From a bacterium (GTDB lineage: Bacteria > Zhuqueibacterota > Zhuqueibacteria > Residuimicrobiales > Krinioviventaceae): a stretch of DNA of 64,000 nt. Positions 30,798 through 41,559 of the stretch are shown here, piece by piece. Every line of letters begins with the position of its first letter. Position 1 is the stretch's first letter. The translations under genes were made by a program, and so were the position numbers. The stretch covers positions 4,608,001 to 4,672,000 of the forward strand of contig OY843751.1 of NCBI GenBank assembly GCA_963693055.1, given 5' to 3'. Below the pieces are notes generated by a model that saw only the letters and a list, made by a program, of their open reading frames with translations, was not told where the DNA came from and searched no databases.

Positions 30798-33700
30798 TTA
30801 TCTTGCAAGCACCATCTTTTTAACCGATTCAAAACTGTTCGTTGTTAAACGATAAAAATAGACACCATTCCCTACACTATGCCCCAATACATCCGTACCG
30901 TCCCATTGTACCGCATAATGTCCCGCTGATTGCTCTCTGTCAATCAGGCTGATCACATGCTGTCCCAATACATTATATACATCCAGATTCACATGGGTAT
31001 TTTTCGCAATGGAATATTCAATCTGTGTCTGCGGATTAAATGGATTGGGGAAATTCTGCAACAATTCAAAAGATTCAGGTAATTGAGCAGATTGTGTATC
31101 AACTATTCCAGGCAATGGCGGTGTTTCGCCCCATGTTTGCGCAAAAGATTTTCTTAAAACCGAAGGTCTGAACCTCTCTTTATCACCAAGAGAGGATTGT
31201 GTTGAAATGGTAATCTCGCAATTTTCCTGTACCGCAAACCAATACGCCTTGCCAGGTTCAATAACATCAGTAAAAGTATAAGCAAAACGGACAGGGTCCC
31301 AGGCCCAAATATCTGCGACTGCGCCTGCCGGTTCTACTTGAATTTGAGAAAGTGGGACCGGTTCCGAAACTGAACCCAGTAAATTCCATCCTGTCTCACA
31401 CTGCACTGTTAAAGCATGAATAGGTACACCCGGCACTACCAGCGTACCTGCCTGCTCTGGCTTTACCCAAAATCCACTGACACTGTCAGTTTTATCGTTT
31501 TTAATAAATAATAAATTTTCGGTATCCAGCGTCAACCAGTCATTAACCTTCGGAAACAAAGCTTCAATATCATAACTCTCACAATATAACGGTAGTGAGA
31601 TCAACTGCCATTCAGGGATATCAAAATTATATTGAAATTCTATACATCCCCCGCCACCGGTAGCGCCCATATCATTGACAAGGCCTCCTAATCCAGGTAA
31701 AAAAGTTGTATTATCATAAACGGGATCCGGTACATCGTAATAAACCGGTGAGGGGTTTCCGGCATCTATACAGGGAGAAAAGAGCGATAAATGGTAATCC
31801 AAAGAATCCGCATAATCAGGATCATCAGCAATATTACCGAGGTTCCACAAAAGGTGATTATCGGGGGGGTCTTCAAAAAATATCCAATCCTCTGTTGTAT
31901 CTATACAACTGTAATTAAATTCAATCTCGTTAGCAACCGTTCCCCTGTCCATAAAAAAATTATGCCCGTAACGCCCCTCACTGCTACCGGCAATACAGTT
32001 CATCAATGACAACCGGGTATTTGAATCCAGATACACATTCCCGCCACTGCCAATAGTCGAATTATGTGTCAAAGTCACATTTACCAAAATCGGGGCTGAA
32101 CCATTGTGCATGGAAACTGCACCGCCATCATAACGCCCAAAATTTCTTGCAATCAACACCTGGTGCATTTGTGGAGAGGATGCATCCAGATAAAAGGCAC
32201 CACCGTATCGAGCTGTATTACTAATAAATTGACTCGATTGTATTTCCGGCATAGATTTAACACAGTATACAGCACCGCCAAATTGCCCTGTATTGTTATA
32301 AAAAATACAATTGCTGATTAACGGAAAGGATTTGTCAAGATATAACGCTCCTGCCCGGGCCCGCTCCGTATCACTCTCTCCATTCACATCACGGACTGCA
32401 CAATATATCAGCGCATCATCACCACCGCTCTCGATAAAGCTCAATCCTCCCCATGTTGTATTGCTGTCTATAGCACAAAAATGTACCGAATCTATTGCAG
32501 TACCTTTGCTTATTAGCCTGGCATTCTTTCCAATGGTGAACGTATAGTCTCCGGTAAATTCAACGCGTACCCCGGCCTCAATTTCAAGGGTATGCATAGC
32601 GGGAATCTCTATATCCGAATAGATTCGATAAGGCTGCCCCGCAGCTGTCCAGTTACCCCAAACCCATGCAGTGTCAACAACCGTTCCTTTTTGTACGCTT
32701 GCTAAAAGTGGAACTGACTTGCACAACCCATTATTCATTTGAACAAAAAGCGTATCCATATACATTTGATTATAGGTACTGTTGGTTTCAAAACCTATTA
32801 ACAGGCTGTCTATTGCACCTGAAACAAGTGTATTTGCAGACAGATCGGATAAAATTGTAAAATATGTTGAATCAGCCAGATGGATTGAACCGATTTCTAT
32901 TGTTTGATTCGAGCCATTTTTCAAATACAACCATGCTTGTATAAACTCAAAAGGATCAACCAATCCCATATCCAATGGATCCGGAACCAATGCCAATTCG
33001 AGCCCAGTACTTGTAGCTGCAAGCCTGGTTCCACCAAAAGCGCCCATATTTATGCGAAATCCATGCGGAAAGGGTTCATCCCCCACATCATCATTCGGGT
33101 CACCGGCATCAATACCGGCAGAGTTCTCTTCAAGTCTAAAATCATTTTCCACAGCATCCACAAATCCGGGATCATCAAACATTAAACTCATACTCTCAAC
33201 TCTGCTGTCATCAAGCGACCAGTCGTTGACCAAAGTATCCAGACAAGTATAACGTAATTGAACATCATTATCATTGTTCATCCACAATCCGACACCCGTG
33301 TCAACAGAATTATTATTTATTATAGAATTCCTTATAATGACAGCATTTTCCCCACTGAGGCTCAATAACCCCCTAACTGAACAGGAATTGCCATAAATTG
33401 TACAATTGACAAGATTTAAAGATGCTCCGGCTTGCAAATCTGCAATTGCGCCATAATATGCATTATTATTTATTATCAGACAGTTCCTTAATATCGGGGC
33501 CGATTCTTGTCCGCTAACATATAAAGTACCAATATCTCCACTATTGTGCTCAATTATACTGTTTTCAATCGTTGCATGTGATGCGTTAAACGCAACAGCA
33601 CCACCATAAATCGCGACATTGCTTGCAATTCTTGAATGAGAAATAAAGGGATGTGAACCATTTATATTCAATGCTCCCCCTTTGCCCATCCATTCAACTT

Positions 33701-35543
33701 TTGACCTGCCATCCTTTATAATGCAATAATGCAGCGAATCATCATCACCACTATCATTGAATGTTATACCATACCAGCCATTATCAGAATTGTCAGCCCG
33801 AAACCGTACCGAATCATTTTCAGAACCGTTTACCAAAAGTTGAGCATTCTCTCCCACCTCAAAATATAAAGGCTCCATAAAAACCACATCAACACCCGGT
33901 TCAATAGTCAGTACAGTATTGGTTTCAACCGCAACTGACTGAAAAATATAATATGGGGAACCATTCTGTGTCCATGTACCCCGTATCTGCCCACTGTTTA
34001 CAACTGTACCTTGTCCGGGTACCCCATATCCTACCAGAGATACCTGCTGCCAGCGGTGTTGATTAGAATACTCGATCATCAAACTGCCATCAAACCGACC
34101 GACACTGTCCGGAGTACATCTTATCCAAACTGAGAAACGGGTTTTCGGCATCAATACTTTACCCAAAATCGGTTTGATAAAGGCACTATCAAATGCTGCA
34201 GAAAAGTTAGGACTGGGAACGATCTGCCCTACATACAGCATTTGCTCACTATCATTAAACAAGGAAATTTCAAAAGACTCGGAAGTTTCATTTACCCTTG
34301 CAGGACCAATAATGGCAACGCTATCAGACAAAACCACAGGAGACACCCATTCATCTCCTACCCGGATATCTACCGTACCCGTTTGCACCACATCATATCC
34401 GGCTCCCATATATTCCGGAATATGATACCACATATCGGCTATGGCTTCCGGTTGGCTGGCACCCCAGCCAAAATTAACATGAAAAAAACCGTTTGAATTA
34501 AAACCATCCACCAAAATAGAATGCCCGGCAACCGGAATAGATTGATTTATGGACAAATGCGCAGGAAGTGCATTCATCATATTTTCTTTCAAATGCTGAT
34601 ACAACTTTTCTCCGGGATCCATATATTCTGCACTCTCGTAACCAAAACGTTGTTTCAAGATACGCGGCAGAATCCCTGAAAATGTACCCGAGTTGCCTGT
34701 AGCAAAATCCATATACAACAATTCAGCGCTTACTGCATTCAATGCTGCAATTTCTTCATTATCCAACATCGAATCAGCCGACCAGGCTTGTCTAATAAGA
34801 TCAAGATATCCGTTCAATGTCTGAAAAGAAGGAAAATCCAGTTCCAGGCTGTCCTGATCGATGGCAACTCCGCGGGTATCGGTTACGTATCGATCATCAC
34901 GTCCCAGAGATACCTCACCAATATTTTGATGATAGTTTAAAAGCTGCGCCAAAACAACACCCACACAACCAACAGGTGTCCGTTGTAATGTTATAGGATC
35001 CAAGGGGCAAAAACGGTTATACGGGGCACCCTGCTGCCAGGTGGTACTCACCCATCCACCGGTTACGGTAGTTCCGGCTTCAGGCCATTGCAGAACCGCG
35101 GAATCATTTACCACTCCGGGAGCTAACAATTTATCCCAAAGTTTATGATTTTGAGATATAATTACAGGTGCAAGTAATGATCTGTTTTGTAATCGCTCTT
35201 CAAGATCATATTGTAAAAATCGGTATACATCACTGAAAGAAAAATCAACAGGTTGGGTCTGTCTGATATAAGCAATAACAGGTTCTATATCAGTATCATT
35301 CGATAGAATAGCAAAACCACCATCTGCAAAGTCGGCAATATACCCCACATCATCAATTGCAAATATTTTTTGCAGTTCCAGACTTTTTTTCGACTCGCGG
35401 GATTGGAAGGGGGTAACAGCAATATTCTTTTTATAAAACTGCATTGCAGCAGAACCGGCTTGCTCTATACTAACCGGTTCTGACAAGATGATACCTGACA
35501 GGCCGAAAACAAGGATGAAAAATATTTTAAATAATCGACTCAT
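30798..35543 (-). CDS. C10 (streptopain-family) cysteine protease with duplicated Ig plus beta-helix modules and FlgD/T9SS-type CTD
   Basis: WQQGAPYNRFCP, PVGCVG (Cys), GHSILVDG, HVNFGWG; repeated GGA.../IDAG.P/MGA.GG; QNFPNPFNPQT...WDG...GVYFY. Confidence 0.88.
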   Translation of the reverse strand: MSRLFKIFFILVFGLSGIILSEPVSIEQAGSAAMQFYKKNIAVTPFQSRESKKSLELQKIFAIDDVGYIADFADGGFAILSNDTDIEPVIAYIRQTQPVDFSFSDVYRFLQYDLEERLQNRSLLAPVIISQNHKLWDKLLAPGVVNDSAVLQWPEAGTTVTGGWVSTTWQQGAPYNRFCPLDPITLQRTPVGCVGVVLAQLLNYHQNIGEVSLGRDDRYVTDTRGVAIDQDSLELDFPSFQTLNGYLDLIRQAWSADSMLDNEEIAALNAVSAELLYMDFATGNSGTFSGILPRILKQRFGYESAEYMDPGEKLYQHLKENMMNALPAHLSINQSIPVAGHSILVDGFNSNGFFHVNFGWGASQPEAIADMWYHIPEYMGAGYDVVQTGTVDIRVGDEWVSPVVLSDSVAIIGPARVNETSESFEISLFNDSEQMLYVGQIVPSPNFSAAFDSAFIKPILGKVLMPKTRFSVWIRCTPDSVGRFDGSLMIEYSNQHRWQQVSLVGYGVPGQGTVVNSGQIRGTWTQNGSPYYIFQSVAVETNTVLTIEPGVDVVFMEPLYFEVGENAQLLVNGSENDSVRFRADNSDNGWYGITFNDSGDDDSLHYCIIKDGRSKVEWMGKGGALNINGSHPFISHSRIASNVAIYGGAVAFNASHATIENSIIEHNSGDIGTLYVSGQESAPILRNCLIINNNAYYGAIADLQAGASLNLVNCTIYGNSCSVRGLLSLSGENAVIIRNSIINNNSVDTGVGLWMNNDNDVQLRYTCLDTLVNDWSLDDSRVESMSLMFDDPGFVDAVENDFRLEENSAGIDAGDPNDDVGDEPFPHGFRINMGAFGGTRLAATSTGLELALVPDPLDMGLVDPFEFIQAWLYLKNGSNQTIEIGSIHLADSTYFTILSDLSANTLVSGAIDSLLIGFETNSTYNQMYMDTLFVQMNNGLCKSVPLLASVQKGTVVDTAWVWGNWTAAGQPYRIYSDIEIPAMHTLEIEAGVRVEFTGDYTFTIGKNARLISKGTAIDSVHFCAIDSNTTWGGLSFIESGGDDALIYCAVRDVNGESDTERARAGALYLDKSFPLISNCIFYNNTGQFGGAVYCVKSMPEIQSSQFISNTARYGGAFYLDASSPQMHQVLIARNFGRYDGGAVSMHNGSAPILVNVTLTHNSTIGSGGNVYLDSNTRLSLMNCIAGSSEGRYGHNFFMDRGTVANEIEFNYSCIDTTEDWIFFEDPPDNHLLWNLGNIADDPDYADSLDYHLSLFSPCIDAGNPSPVYYDVPDPVYDNTTFLPGLGGLVNDMGATGGGGCIEFQYNFDIPEWQLISLPLYCESYDIEALFPKVNDWLTLDTENLLFIKNDKTDSVSGFWVKPEQAGTLVVPGVPIHALTVQCETGWNLLGSVSEPVPLSQIQVEPAGAVADIWAWDPVRFAYTFTDVIEPGKAYWFAVQENCEITISTQSSLGDKERFRPSVLRKSFAQTWGETPPLPGIVDTQSAQLPESFELLQNFPNPFNPQTQIEYSIAKNTHVNLDVYNVLGQHVISLIDREQSAGHYAVQWDGTDVLGHSVGNGVYFYRLTTNSFESVKKMVLAR

Positions 35544-35611
35544 TTTGCTTCAAATTGTTAATATCAATATACTATACAAAAGCTGACAGAATCTGCAAAC
35601 AATATGTTTTT

Positions 35612-36121
35612 CTATCCCCGGATTTCTACAATTTCTCCAAAATAAACGCGATGATAATCTTTTTTCGGATACAATTTATCAATATCAGAAGCAACAAACT
35701 GAGATGGTTCAAAATCGGCTTTATACATGGTTACGCATTCAATAACCATATTGGCCTCATTAAAACAAGGGGCCTTTACTCTTGAAGACGCTACAGGAGT
35801 CAAACCAGCTTCTTTAATTTTATCACAATCTTTGCCGGAACGACTTCCCAAAATTTGTAATGCCTTGCGGTAATCGATACTAAATGCATTCAGAGTAAAA
35901 GATTCGTATTTTTCCAGAAATTCAAACGTATAACGAGTGGGCCTGACTACAATCTGGGCAAAAGGTTTGTGCCACATGGTACCAAAACTGCCCCAGGCTA
36001 CAGTCATGGCATTAAATTCATTTTTTTCATAATCACCTGCTACCAGGGCATACCACTGGTTTGCCCATGCATCGTGGGGCTTTACTTGAAACGATTCAAC
36101 AGGTATAGTTTTCAAAGACAT
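35612..36121 (-). CDS. Flavin reductase-like (DIM6/NTAB) protein
   Basis: NAMTVAWG, VRPTRYT, GSRSGKD.DK, YHRVYFGEI; GGAG SD before ATG 36121. Confidence 0.88.
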   Translation of the reverse strand: MSLKTIPVESFQVKPHDAWANQWYALVAGDYEKNEFNAMTVAWGSFGTMWHKPFAQIVVRPTRYTFEFLEKYESFTLNAFSIDYRKALQILGSRSGKDCDKIKEAGLTPVASSRVKAPCFNEANMVIECVTMYKADFEPSQFVASDIDKLYPKKDYHRVYFGEIVEIRG

Positions 36122-36136
36122 AAACACTCCCATTTA

Positions 36137-36409
36137 TCAGGATTTGGACGAATTATCACCTCGAACCAGGTGCAATATCCACACAAATAAAGCGGAACCA
36201 ATAATTGACCATACAATAGGAATACGATAAAAATAGAAAAAATCACGAATTCCCAATTCTCTACTTAACCAGGTTCCAATAATCGCGCCAATAAAGCCCA
36301 GCGCAATATTGGTAATACAGCCATTACGGTTCACACCGGCAATGGCACTACCAATGGAACCGCAAACAGATGCTACAAACAATAATATCAAAAAACCAAA
36401 CAAAGTCAT
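36137..36409 (-). CDS. GlsB/YeaQ/YmgE (transglycosylase-associated) membrane protein
   Basis: NIALGFIGAIIG, SIIGSALFV. Confidence 0.85.
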   Translation of the reverse strand: MTLFGFLILLFVASVCGSIGSAIAGVNRNGCITNIALGFIGAIIGTWLSRELGIRDFFYFYRIPIVWSIIGSALFVWILHLVRGDNSSKS

Positions 36410-36425
36410 GCTAAATCCACCTGGT

Positions 36426-37142
36426 TTAATTTTTCCCTTTCTTTGCAGTCAAAATAGCAATATTTAAAAACCGCCAGGGCATTTCAATTTCTTCAAATCC
36501 TGCATTCTTTAACCATTCAATCTTTTCATTAATTTCACATACATAATGTTGCTGTCTGAGGATATTAGATTCGGTCAGGCTTTCAATCTGCTCTTTACTT
36601 ACCTTGCCCTGCACCATGGCATTCTGAATAATATTTACTTCAATATCATGAAACACCCGGTTTATACGATTATCTTCTGTTGAAAAAAACTCGCAGGAAA
36701 TCCAACGTCCATCCGTATCCAGTTCTTCAATAGCTTCGCTAATCAAATCACGGTGCCGGTCAGTTTCCAGATAATCTAACGTAAAAGACGACATAACCGC
36801 ATGCAGTGGACCCAGATTACTGCACCATTTGGGATCGTTCAGATCTTTATGCATAGGGATAAATTGTCCTTTAAAGTCTTGAAGATTCTCAAGCGCCCGG
36901 TCCAGAATCTCTGTGCGGTTATCCAGCCCCATAATAACAGCTTCGGGGAAAAACTCGTAAATACGTCTGGAGAGTTCGCCAAATCCACAACCCAGCTCCG
37001 CAACCCGAATTCTCTCCTCACGGGGGAAATCCAGCATGGAAACCATAATATCATGGGCTTCACGAAATTTGGGGATTACATATTCATACAGCGATTCCAG
37101 TAAATCAATTTCTTCTAATTGTGTTTGTTTTTTGTCATTCAT
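36426..37142 (-). CDS. Class I SAM-dependent methyltransferase
   Basis: AELGCGFG motif I; WLKNAGF; ATGA overlap with the upstream gene. Confidence 0.85.
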   Translation of the reverse strand: MNDKKQTQLEEIDLLESLYEYVIPKFREAHDIMVSMLDFPREERIRVAELGCGFGELSRRIYEFFPEAVIMGLDNRTEILDRALENLQDFKGQFIPMHKDLNDPKWCSNLGPLHAVMSSFTLDYLETDRHRDLISEAIEELDTDGRWISCEFFSTEDNRINRVFHDIEVNIIQNAMVQGKVSKEQIESLTESNILRQQHYVCEINEKIEWLKNAGFEEIEMPWRFLNIAILTAKKGKN

Positions 37143-39432
37143 TTTAACTCGAAATATATTTTACGTGAATAGTTATCGAGACCTGGTTGAACCCGAGTTT
37201 GCACCGTTAGTTCATAGAGTCCCGGTTCATTATTGGCGAGATCCAAAGCAATATATTCAGCAGAGAATTCATTCTGTGAATATCTTTCAACCGTGTTGGT
37301 TGTCATAGGCATTGATTTGGAAAACATTTCTGTTATTTTGGTAAAAAAATTCTTTTTTGCGCGATCCAACAGTTTTATATGATAATCAATCTGATATCTA
37401 ACTGAATGTTGGTTGTTCAAAGGTAAGTTATAAATTTCAAAATAAACATTCAACAGATCATCCCTGCTGAATTGCAATTCCGGATTGGGAAGTATATACA
37501 ATCCCTTTTGAAAATAACTAAAATCAAATTGATTCTCAGAAATACGGTCAGCAAGCAGCAGTGAACTCATACTTAGGGTTTTACCACTATACGAAGACAC
37601 ACCTGAATTAAATTTAAAAGATCCCAACTTGTTTGTATTTTCCACAACAACCGAAATCCCGGCTTTGTAACTACCGCCGGGAACATTGAACGAAAACATG
37701 TTCTGCCATGCACCCTGTTGTTCTGAGGCATCCACAATCTCTTTTGCGTTTACTATTTCCTCCGCTAAAGCCACCGGGTCCCATTGATTCGTATACAATG
37801 CACAATTAACAACAACATTTTGATCTGCATTATATTCGTTATCTTGCCAAATATCACCGGATTTTAGAGAGTAATAGACTTGAAAATCAGTACTACCCAA
37901 ACTATCTCTAAATGTTGAAGCATAAAAAGGCATATTTATAGAAAATATATCATCTTTCCATGAATGTCTGTCAGAATTTAAGCCTTCATAAACATAATCA
38001 ATGCTTTGTTTGGCAAGCTCATTTTGTAAACGCATCTGGTCAGCTTGCGAGTCAGACGTATACATGTATGAAAAAATGGGGTCCCAATGCAGCCTGCTGC
38101 TAACAAGCTCCAAAGGGATTGTGGGTGTAAGTCGCCAGTTATTACCCGCGGCATTTTTATCGATCACAAAATGAAACATTAACTTTTTTTGAAATTGGTT
38201 TTCTTTATAAAGCCAGGATTCATTCTGCTCCAACTCTCGTACATTTTCCTGCTGGGGAACGGGACCATCAAGACCGTGCATTTCACTGCCTGTTCATCCG
38301 GATTGCCATGCCGAATAAAAATCAAACCTTTATCATTATATTTGTTATTGAGAGAAAAAACAACCGGAAATTCCAGATATTTCAACTTGTCGGGATTATT
38401 CAATGTTGTTCGAAATCCTTCAAAACGAAAATATTTATCTGCAAACAGTTTGCGTCTAACATGCTCCTGAATCCTAAAATTTCGATTATATGCAGGCAAT
38501 GGATTGCGTTGGGTCCACATTCTATAAAAAAAAGTCTGTGCGTCAGATATGGTTTCTAAATTCAGATATTCAGCATATTCGTTATCAGACATAATAAAAC
38601 GTACATCATTAAAATACAATGCGGCATCTATAGCGTTTTTTATGGAATCAATGGCTTCCAAATGGTATGCCTCACATGCGGTATAATCTTCCTGTCTGTA
38701 TTTCAAGCGGGAAAATGAAAGGCAGACCGGAATTTTCGATACAGATAAATCCGGATCATTCAAAAGCAGTTGTAAAAGTGAATCTGCCTTGTTATAGTTT
38801 TCAAAATGATTATAATACTCTGCTAAAAATAAAGTACTGCGTTCATGCTCGTAATTATCAATCCAGCTTTTTATTTGGATCTCGTTTCCTGAATATAAAA
38901 ACGATTCAAAATATTCATGCAATGCAATAGTTGCCTTGTTGTTTTGATCAAAACAATCTATTTGCTGTTGCACAGAATTAAGAGCTAGTTCGTATTTTTT
39001 TTGATAAAAATATAGAATTGACAATTGATAATAGACATCTTTATATGCGGGTGCCAGTTCAATAGCAGATAAAAAATATTCTTCAGATTGGCCCCAGTCC
39101 TGCTGCCTGAAAACCATTGCATGCACTTTGCCAGATTCCCGATAACCAATGGCAAGATAATAGTGAGCTATAAAATCATTCGGATCAAGTTCAAGGGCTG
39201 TTTCCATCCAATCTATTGACTGCCCCCAATCATTTCGTTCAGCTTCAATTTGACCGATCATTTTAACAATTTCAATATTTTCGGGATCCTGTTCATGTGC
39301 AAATTTCAATTGCTGAATTGCTTCTTCAAACTCTCCCGCTCTAAACATTTGTATACCCTGATCATAACAATCCTGACCAAAAATATTGACATGTATTAAA
39401 AATAGTATTATAATGTATTTATATGTTGACAT
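37139..39432 (-). pseudogene. TPR plus GWxTD-domain secreted protein split by a -1 frameshift near 38281-38283 (possibly a sequencing error)
   Basis: Signal peptide, TPRs, W...NP.P...N...EH..R...AD..F, DKGLIFIRHGNPDE; one added A joins to MHGLDG...NESWLY and a C-terminal Ig-like region. Confidence 0.75.
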
Positions 39433-39578
39433 AAAATTATATTGGTTTAACTTTCTTTTTCATTATATAAAAAAATTATACAAATTACAAGTGCCAATAA
39501 AGTTTGTCAAAATTTCAGGAATAAATCACCACTCAAATTTTATTATAATCTTTTAAATATTATACTGGAGCTAAAAAA

Positions 39579-40202
39579 ATGGAATTACAACAAGCAATTG
39601 AAACACGAGCAAGTGTTAGGACCTTTACTGAAAAAGCAGTTCCCGTTAACGATTTAAGAGAAATGGTGCGCCGTGCCGGACTTGCACCCAGTATTAACAA
39701 CTCGCAACCCTGGAAGTTTTATGCCATTACTGATCAAAACATACTAAAAGCAATGGCCAACAAAGTTCAGTTAAAAATTGATGAACTGTTCCCGGATGTT
39801 GTTGAAGACTCTAATGTAAAATCAACTGTAAACTTTTTTTCAACAATTTTTGTTAAAGCACCGGCTGTAATTGCCGTTGCCATTGAACCGTATAAAAGCA
39901 TTTCAGACAAACTCTTGAATCATTCTGATCTGACGCATGATGATATGAATGCGTTAAGGAATTTCCCTGATATTCAAAGTATGGGTGCAAGCATCCAAAA
40001 CCTCATTTTATCGGCTGTTGACCTGGGGTATGGCGCGTGCTGGCTGAGTGGTATGCTGGTTGCCAGAGAAGAGCTTGAAGAAATATTAAAAATTGAAAAA
40101 CCATATCGGCTGGTAACATTTGTTGCCGTTGGCCACCCCGAAGGGGTAACAAAACCCAAGCCTAAAAAAGATGTAGATGAAATTTTCTCGGTTATTGAAT
40201 AA
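39579..40202 (+). CDS. Nitroreductase family protein
   Basis: RASVRTF, APSINNSQPW, QNLILSA..LGYGACW, AVGHP. Confidence 0.92.
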   Translation: MELQQAIETRASVRTFTEKAVPVNDLREMVRRAGLAPSINNSQPWKFYAITDQNILKAMANKVQLKIDELFPDVVEDSNVKSTVNFFSTIFVKAPAVIAVAIEPYKSISDKLLNHSDLTHDDMNALRNFPDIQSMGASIQNLILSAVDLGYGACWLSGMLVAREELEEILKIEKPYRLVTFVAVGHPEGVTKPKPKKDVDEIFSVIE

Positions 40203-40207
40203 CCCCC

Positions 40208-41467
40208 TCAATCCGTTTTTGGGGGGTGTTTTAAACGCAATTCAATGATCTGGGGCCGGTGATCAGAAGCATCAAACTTTTTCACTTTGGCACTGCAAAC
40301 ATTAAATTGATCTGAATAAAAAACATGATCTATTCTTAAAAAGTCAAACAATAAAAAGCGTGCTTTTTCAGGTACGCTTTTTACCAGACTTGAGTAACCG
40401 AATGTTCCGCCAATTCCCCAGCCTGCCTTTGCATATGCATTATTTAACGTACTAGAAAACGTTTTATAACTTTTGCTGTTGGGTGTATCATTAAAATCTC
40501 CGGCAAGAATCAACGGTGCATTGACAGGCAATACCTGTTCAGCAATCTTGGCGGCTTCTGTCAAATGACGATTATGCGCAATGGTGACCTGCTTTTTAAA
40601 TGTCTCATAATCCATTTTACCCAAAGCAAACCGGATAAACAAATTCCCACTATTGTACAAATGACAGTTGAACAAATGAACATCCTGACCATAATAATCT
40701 ATAATAGCATGATTCATATTAATGTGCCCGGACATGTACTGGGTTTTGATGTCATAATTCTTTCTAAATTTCAAGGGTAACCGGGAAAAGATAACACCAC
40801 CATTATAGGTTTCAAACTTGTCAGACCAGATTTGATGGGGATACAGGTCCATGAGTTCTTCTTTAAGCAAAACACGGTCCTGCAGATTAATTTCCTGCAA
40901 GAATACAACATCGGGTTTTTCACGCCGAATAAAATCAATAACTGCTCTGCGTTTCTCTCCGGTTTCACTCACCAAAATATTATAGCTCATGAGCTTGAGC
41001 GTGTCTTTTCTATACATGGGTTTAAAACTGGGTAACAACTGCGAGCGGTAATGCAACACCAACGCAAGCAATACCAGTGTATAAACCAGTATATTAACAC
41101 GGATTGTTTTAAAAGTGGTTATATAGTAAACAAACAATGCAAAAAACGGGACAATCATGTAAAACTGATACTTGAAAAACTGTTCAGGGTTACTCACACC
41201 CAACGCCAATATGCAAAGTCCGGCAAGAAAAAATAAAATTTTGATCCAGGTAAATTTGGTTACCTTAGTCAACAAGGCTGAAAGATAAAGCGGCAATGTA
41301 AATGCAATTGGTAACCAGATTGTATCATTGAGTACATTGGCAATAATCTCAACTACCGGATTGATGGAAAACACCAATGAACGGAGCGCGGGCATCCAAA
41401 CCAAAAGCTCAAAAACAAAGTAACAAACCCAAATTACAGTTAAAAATATAAATAATGTCTTTTTCAC
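40208..41467 (-). CDS. Membrane-anchored endonuclease/exonuclease/phosphatase family protein
   Basis: N-terminal TMs; MSYNI, FLQE, AGDFN, RIDHV, SDHRP. Confidence 0.88.
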   Translation of the reverse strand: MKKTLFIFLTVIWVCYFVFELLVWMPALRSLVFSINPVVEIIANVLNDTIWLPIAFTLPLYLSALLTKVTKFTWIKILFFLAGLCILALGVSNPEQFFKYQFYMIVPFFALFVYYITTFKTIRVNILVYTLVLLALVLHYRSQLLPSFKPMYRKDTLKLMSYNILVSETGEKRRAVIDFIRREKPDVVFLQEINLQDRVLLKEELMDLYPHQIWSDKFETYNGGVIFSRLPLKFRKNYDIKTQYMSGHINMNHAIIDYYGQDVHLFNCHLYNSGNLFIRFALGKMDYETFKKQVTIAHNRHLTEAAKIAEQVLPVNAPLILAGDFNDTPNSKSYKTFSSTLNNAYAKAGWGIGGTFGYSSLVKSVPEKARFLLFDFLRIDHVFYSDQFNVCSAKVKKFDASDHRPQIIELRLKHPPKTD

Positions 41468-41521
41468 AAATCCGCTCTATTTTTACCAAATCATATAATT
41501 GCATTATCCAAAAAGTGCAGA

Positions 41522-41554
41522 AAATGCCGATCATAACTTGCATGATCGGCATTT
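41522..41554 (-). terminator. Hairpin after pmbA
   Basis: AAATGCCGATCAT...ATGATCGGCATTT. Confidence 0.7.
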
Positions 41555-41559
41555 ATTTT

